Source: Zancudomyces culisetae HAW-14-8 (Eukaryota > Fungi > Kickxellomycota). Taken from it: a stretch of 64,000 nucleotides of DNA. The stretch is from contig JBNJNM010000009.1 in NCBI GenBank assembly GCA_052426225.1, forward strand, positions 806,001 through 870,000. Direction: 5' to 3'. This document shows, one piece after another, positions 59,084 through 64,000 of the stretch. The notes beneath the pieces are model-generated. The model searched no databases. It was not told the origin of the DNA and saw only the letters and a program-made list of their open reading frames with translations. The translations under genes and the position numbers were made by a program. How positions within the stretch are numbered: the stretch's first letter is position 1; each line of letters begins with the position of its first letter.

Positions 59084-59100
59084 TGGTGATCCAGCCAGGA
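59084..59100 (+). promoter_or_regulatory. Primer-binding site, complementary to a tRNA 3' end (possibly tRNA-Val)
   Basis: TGGTGATCCAGCCAGGA is the complement of TCCTGG-CTGGATC-A-CCA (T-stem, acceptor strand, discriminator, CCA); 5 nt after the LTR. Isoacceptor identity is inferred. Confidence 0.8.
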
Positions 59101-59154
59101 CACTTCTAAAGTATTCATAGTTGTAGTTACATTGATTTTATTTAAGTCATACAA

Positions 59155-62100
59155 ATGACAATACCAAGTAAAGAAAAATCTAGCACTGATCGTGCAAATA
59201 AGCAAAAACAAAACACCGAAAGTACAGAAGTTGTGATGGAAAAACAGCAGAAGCGAATGGTTAGCAATAAACTTGAACCAGAAAAATTTAACCCTGATAA
59301 TGGAGAAGATGCATTAAAGTGGCTAAAGAGATACCATCTCTTTGCTACACATGGTGGATGGAGTGAAGTAGAGACGGTAGAGATAATGGAATATTATTTG
59401 GAGGGAAAGGCGAGAATGTGGTTTGAGATCAATGAGGATAAGTTCACATCATGGAAGGAATTGGAGCAATTGTTCACAAGCAAGTTTGCTGGAAGGCAGC
59501 AAGAATATAATGCATGGGTTGAGATTCAAAACATTAGACAGGAGCCCGGTGAAGACATTGATATGTTATCATACAGGTTAGGCAAGTTAGCAAAGAATGC
59601 TAAGATCACAGACGAGCAGATGAAAATTAAATATCTCTGGAATGCTATAACCCCAGAAAAGAGAAGATTGTTAATTAAAGGAGAAGTTCAGACGTACGAA
59701 AGCGCAATCAATACATTACGTGAGGAAGAAGACATAGATATGTTGAGTGGAGTCGTTAACACAAACACTGTGAATAACTTAACGTATCATGGAAGCAGTA
59801 ATGATGCTCGAAACAAGAATTGTACAGAGATGGAGGTCCTTATTGGAAAATTCGATAGCCTAAATGTTAATGTAATGGATTTTATGAAGGCTAATAGTCA
59901 AAATAACCAAAGATATGGTAATCGAAACAATAATCAAAATCACAATAATTACTTCAACAAAAATAAAGATCAGTTTTCAAACTATCAGCAACAAGATAAA
60001 AGAAATTACCAGAGGAATACTTACTCAAATTATGATAATGGAGACAGAAAACCTGAAGTAAAGAATGATCAAGAGATTCATAAATCGGTACCAAACAACA
60101 ATGCGGAAGTAAAAGAGATTAACTGTTTGGAAGTGGAAGTGGAACCAAGTGAATTGTACATGGCAGAGAAGAGAAAAAACGCTGAAGAAACTAATGCCCA
60201 GGCAGGGACAGCCAAAGTAGTAAAGAGATTACACTCCAACACTGAAGGAAATGACAGCGAACCAATGGATACGGATCATGTTACTTCTATTCCTGAAGGA
60301 AGCAAGAGACCTTCGACCAGTAGGGTTATTAACACTCGTTCAGCTCAAAGTAGTCAAAAATCGGCAAGTTCATCCAGTAACAATGATAGCAAATCGTATT
60401 CATTAGTTGAAGATTTAGGAAGAGTAAAAGCAAATATTAGTTTACCGCAATTAATTGAAATTTCTCCAATCGTTAAATCACAGTTGGAAAGTTTCTATAA
60501 TAATATTGCTAAGGTTAGGGCTATAAATTCTATATGTAGTGAAAAAGTTACAAATTGTAGGACAACGGTAGAAATATTAGGAACCGAATGTCTTACAGTG
60601 TTAGACACTGGCGCAGCATGCAGTGTAATATCAAGACTTTTGGTAGAGAAGTTACAATACAAAGTAGATGCAAGCTCTGCAGAATCAATTATAACCGCCG
60701 ATGGGGCGCGACACAATACTTTAGGAAAAATTCACAATTTACCTATAAAGATAGCAGAAGAGTTATTCGATACTGAAGTTATCATTATGAATATACCAAA
60801 CAACATATTAATTCTAGGCATTGACTGGATGAGAAAGTATAAGGCTAATATGGATGTTCAGAAGCAGAAAATAACCATATCAAAGCAGTATGTTACAGTG
60901 GAATTACCTTTTACAACTGATGGAGAAGTCCAAGTTAACAGATCAGAAAAATCAAGCTATAAGGATATCGAAATTTTTGGGATAGGAAAAGAGATTGTTA
61001 ATCAGATGGAAAATGCAAACGAAGTAGACCAGAGAATAAAAGACTTGATAAACACTTACCAGGATATATTCGCTGAAGAGTACCGGCAACTCACTTCTAC
61101 TAACGTAGTAGAACACAGTATCGACACAGGTGATGCACAACCGGTTAAGTTACGACCCTATAGAATTCCTAATGTTATGAAAGATATGGTTAGGAAAGAA
61201 ATAAAAACAATGGAGCAAAAAGGGATAATTGAACCGTGTGTGTCAGACTGGTGTGCTCCAGTAGTCACTGTTTGGAAAAAGAATGGAACGTTGAGAATAT
61301 GTTCTGATTACAGAAAACTTAACTCAGTGACTAAAAAGGATAACTACCCACTACCTAATATCAGTGATATATTCGAAGTACTTACAGGTTCTGGTATCTT
61401 TAGCACTCTAGATGCGCTGTCGGGGTTTTGGCAGGTTAAATTGAAAGCAGAAGATAAGCACAAGACTGCATTCACTATCCCAGGGGAGGGGCTATACTGT
61501 TACAATGTAATGCCCTTCGGCCTTTGTAACAGCCCTCCAACTTTTCAACGACTCATGGAACGTGTTTTGCAATCAGTACTGTGGAAGTCTGCTGTTGTTT
61601 TTGTCGACGACATCGTTGTGTTTTCTAAAGATGAGGAGCAACATATACTGGATTTAAAAAAGGTATTCGATCTATTAAGAAGTAATAAAATAAAATTAAA
61701 TTCGAGTAAGTGTAGTTTCGGACAAAAGAGACTAAACTATTTAGGACATGTTATTTCCGTAAACGGGATTGAAACAGATCAAAAAAAAGTTGAAGCCATT
61801 GAAAAACTTCCAACTCCTACAACTGTAAAAGAACTACAAAGCTTTCTCGGTACAACGAATTATTACAGGAAATTCATAAATAATTATGCAATGATTGCAG
61901 GACCGTTAAACTCTTTATTAAGAAAAGATACAGTATGGAAATGGAATATGGAATGCCAAAATGCAATAGATACATTAAAAGTAAAACTAGTTACCGCACC
62001 AGTGCTGTCACACCCAAAATGGGATATACCTTTCATAGTTACAACCGACGCTTCATTACAAGGTATCGGGGGTATATTAAGCCAAGTTCAGGACCAAAAA

Positions 62101-63867
62101 GAACATCCTATAGCATATGTAAGTAGATCATTAAAAAAATCAGAAAAAAACTACTCGATAACTCACCTAGAAGGACTTGCCATAATATTCGCAGTTAACC
62201 AGTTCAGAAACTACATCTGGGGAAGGCAATTTAAAATTGTAACCGATCATTCAGCGCTGGTCAGACTCTTCGACTCCAAGGAAGCATCAGGAAGGCTAGC
62301 TCGATGGGCCATTATTTTGCGAGAATACGACTATACATTAGAACACCGAAAGGGAAAGAATAACCCTGCAGATCTAATATCGAGGTGTATCCCGGATTAT
62401 ACTACAGACGATACAAATGAAAAAGGTTTAAAAAGTGAAGAATTAGTGTATAAGGACTTTAGTTTTATTAACTTTAAAGAAAAGAAAAATGAAGAAAAAG
62501 AAATTATAGATAAAACAGAAGAAACTACAAACGATGAAGAAAATTCAAAGGCGTTGTTCTACATGGAATTTATCGATTACACAGTTATAAAAAATTATTT
62601 GACTAACAACACTTACCCCTCAAATAGTGACGAAACTTACAAAAACAAATTACGAACTAAGTCTAAACGTTTCGAATTGAAGAATGATAAATTATACAAA
62701 TACTCATCTAAATTTGGAATACGAGAGGTATTACACGAGTTGAATTGTAAGGAAAAAATTATCGAAATTCATAATGAAAATCACCTTGGAATTAACAATA
62801 CATGGGAATTGGTTAAGAAAAAATATTATTCACCAAAATTATTCGAGATTACAAAACATGTGGTTAATTTTTGCGATATTTGTCAACGATATAAATCATC
62901 AAGAATAAGAAAAAATTTAGCAAACCCAATAATTGCTACTCAACCATTCGAAATTATAGGATTAGACATAATAGGACCAATCAATCCAATCTCAACAGAA
63001 GGAAATAGATACATTATTTCCGCGATAGATTATTTAACTAAATGGCCGATTTGTCGAGCTGTTGAACAAGTTCAATCTGATACTATAATTAATTTTTTAG
63101 TTTACGACGTAATAGCCAATTATGGGATACCAAAAAAATTGATAACAGATAGAGGATCCAACTTCTTAAGTGACACAGTACTTGAATTTTATGAATTTAT
63201 GGGCATAAATCATAACCCTACTACAGCTTATAGACCACAATCAAATGGTCAAGTAGAAAGGCAAAATCAATACATAAAAAATGTCCTTTCAAAAATTTGC
63301 AAAAATGATAAAACAAATTGGGATAAATATTTATGGAAAGTTTTATTGGTTATAAGAAGTACTAAAAATAGGGTTACAAAAAAATCGCCTGCAGAGCTAT
63401 TATATGGTTTAAATATCACTACACCAGAGTCATGGAATAACATTAATACTAATGAAAACTTAGATGAGGCAATATTAGAGCGACTTGAATTTGTTAATAA
63501 AAATTTTAAAGAGTTGAGAGAGCTAGCAGTAGATAAACTAAAAACTAATAAAAAATATGAGAAATTTAGGTACGACAGCAATGTAAAAGAATACAAATTT
63601 AGTGAAGGACAGCAGGTGTTAAAGCACAATGATATTCCAGAATCGAAATTTGCAGAGAAATGGAAGGGGCCATACGAAGTAGTTAGAGTGCTAGAAAATG
63701 GAACATATATGGTACGCGATTTGAACAACAATCACGATATAATCAATGGCGATAGACTCAAGCCATATAACACGATCGGAATTCCAAATGTGATTTCGAC
63801 ACGAATAATTTCGAGTTTACGAGATCAGAGAAATAGGAGGAGGTCGATAGGGACTATCGAACCTTAA
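59155..63867 (+). CDS. Gag-Pol polyprotein (capsid, aspartic protease, RT, RNase H, integrase)
   Basis: 1570 aa uninterrupted: LDTGA; LRICSDYRKLN, MPFGLCNSP.TFQR, FVDD; TTDAS, NYSITHLEGLA, TDH; H..NH..CDIC, GLDIIGP, TDRGSNF, NGQVER, WKGPY. Confidence 0.97.
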   Translation: MTIPSKEKSSTDRANKQKQNTESTEVVMEKQQKRMVSNKLEPEKFNPDNGEDALKWLKRYHLFATHGGWSEVETVEIMEYYLEGKARMWFEINEDKFTSWKELEQLFTSKFAGRQQEYNAWVEIQNIRQEPGEDIDMLSYRLGKLAKNAKITDEQMKIKYLWNAITPEKRRLLIKGEVQTYESAINTLREEEDIDMLSGVVNTNTVNNLTYHGSSNDARNKNCTEMEVLIGKFDSLNVNVMDFMKANSQNNQRYGNRNNNQNHNNYFNKNKDQFSNYQQQDKRNYQRNTYSNYDNGDRKPEVKNDQEIHKSVPNNNAEVKEINCLEVEVEPSELYMAEKRKNAEETNAQAGTAKVVKRLHSNTEGNDSEPMDTDHVTSIPEGSKRPSTSRVINTRSAQSSQKSASSSSNNDSKSYSLVEDLGRVKANISLPQLIEISPIVKSQLESFYNNIAKVRAINSICSEKVTNCRTTVEILGTECLTVLDTGAACSVISRLLVEKLQYKVDASSAESIITADGARHNTLGKIHNLPIKIAEELFDTEVIIMNIPNNILILGIDWMRKYKANMDVQKQKITISKQYVTVELPFTTDGEVQVNRSEKSSYKDIEIFGIGKEIVNQMENANEVDQRIKDLINTYQDIFAEEYRQLTSTNVVEHSIDTGDAQPVKLRPYRIPNVMKDMVRKEIKTMEQKGIIEPCVSDWCAPVVTVWKKNGTLRICSDYRKLNSVTKKDNYPLPNISDIFEVLTGSGIFSTLDALSGFWQVKLKAEDKHKTAFTIPGEGLYCYNVMPFGLCNSPPTFQRLMERVLQSVLWKSAVVFVDDIVVFSKDEEQHILDLKKVFDLLRSNKIKLNSSKCSFGQKRLNYLGHVISVNGIETDQKKVEAIEKLPTPTTVKELQSFLGTTNYYRKFINNYAMIAGPLNSLLRKDTVWKWNMECQNAIDTLKVKLVTAPVLSHPKWDIPFIVTTDASLQGIGGILSQVQDQKEHPIAYVSRSLKKSEKNYSITHLEGLAIIFAVNQFRNYIWGRQFKIVTDHSALVRLFDSKEASGRLARWAIILREYDYTLEHRKGKNNPADLISRCIPDYTTDDTNEKGLKSEELVYKDFSFINFKEKKNEEKEIIDKTEETTNDEENSKALFYMEFIDYTVIKNYLTNNTYPSNSDETYKNKLRTKSKRFELKNDKLYKYSSKFGIREVLHELNCKEKIIEIHNENHLGINNTWELVKKKYYSPKLFEITKHVVNFCDICQRYKSSRIRKNLANPIIATQPFEIIGLDIIGPINPISTEGNRYIISAIDYLTKWPICRAVEQVQSDTIINFLVYDVIANYGIPKKLITDRGSNFLSDTVLEFYEFMGINHNPTTAYRPQSNGQVERQNQYIKNVLSKICKNDKTNWDKYLWKVLLVIRSTKNRVTKKSPAELLYGLNITTPESWNNINTNENLDEAILERLEFVNKNFKELRELAVDKLKTNKKYEKFRYDSNVKEYKFSEGQQVLKHNDIPESKFAEKWKGPYEVVRVLENGTYMVRDLNNNHDIINGDRLKPYNTIGIPNVISTRIISSLRDQRNRRRSIGTIEP

Positions 63868-63876
63868 GGGGGGGGA
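63866..63876 (+). promoter_or_regulatory. Polypurine tract
   Basis: AAGGGGGGGGA immediately before the 3' LTR TG, overlapping the pol stop codon. Confidence 0.9.
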
Positions 63877-64000
63877 TGTCGTATGAATATATAGATGATA
63901 ATGTATAGTAGGTTAATCTACTGTAAATCTCTATTATTCATACTGATTGTCTGATTGTTGCAGATGCTTGCACATCTGTTTTCACCATTGTGGTTTTCCT
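63877..64000 (+). repeat. 3' LTR (partial)
   Basis: Identical to 58656-58779. Confidence 0.95.

Larger units (their letters stand above)
58656..64000 (+). mobile_element. Intact Ty3/Gypsy LTR retrotransposon without chromodomain; 3' LTR runs off the window
   Basis: 5' LTR, PBS, single gag-pol ORF in PR-RT-RH-IN order, PPT, and a 3' LTR identical to the 5' LTR over the 124 bp visible. Confidence 0.97.

Overview
Eukaryotic, AT-rich, compact fungal chromosome segment with short GT-AG introns; gene style suggests an early-diverging fungus, possibly a Harpellales/Kickxellomycotina insect-gut fungus (inference). Housekeeping genes: Acinus-like SAP/RRM protein, SRPBCC protein, ERV46, an SDR, a KDM4/Rph1 JmjC demethylase, a LETM1-domain protein, HIS1, APC2, CSN7, fumarylacetoacetase, ataxin-10, ARO4-type DAHP synthase, a tandem CCCH protein and tRNA-Pro(UGG). 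Accessory material is interleaved. (i) An AT-rich island at about 11.2-15.4 kb holds a frameshifted gene with YCIWYP and ARxCxxAxYxxLYxEL motifs, which I recall from killer-plasmid (zymocin-type) immunity proteins; a 5'-truncated LINE splits the island. (ii) A gene-sparse block at about 26-45 kb holds orphan secreted proteins, a GPI-type pseudo-trypsin, an F-box-like/ankyrin gene and several pseudogenes (ankyrin, two-domain secreted protein, RAD7). (iii) An intact, apparently young, chromodomain-less Ty3/Gypsy LTR retrotransposon sits only 8 bp upstream of the tRNA-Pro gene, with a long hairpin in its LTR and an N/Q-rich Gag. The best candidates for undescribed biology are the tRNA-adjacent retrotransposon and the putative killer-plasmid-derived island. 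All family assignments come from motif recognition by eye; no searches were run.
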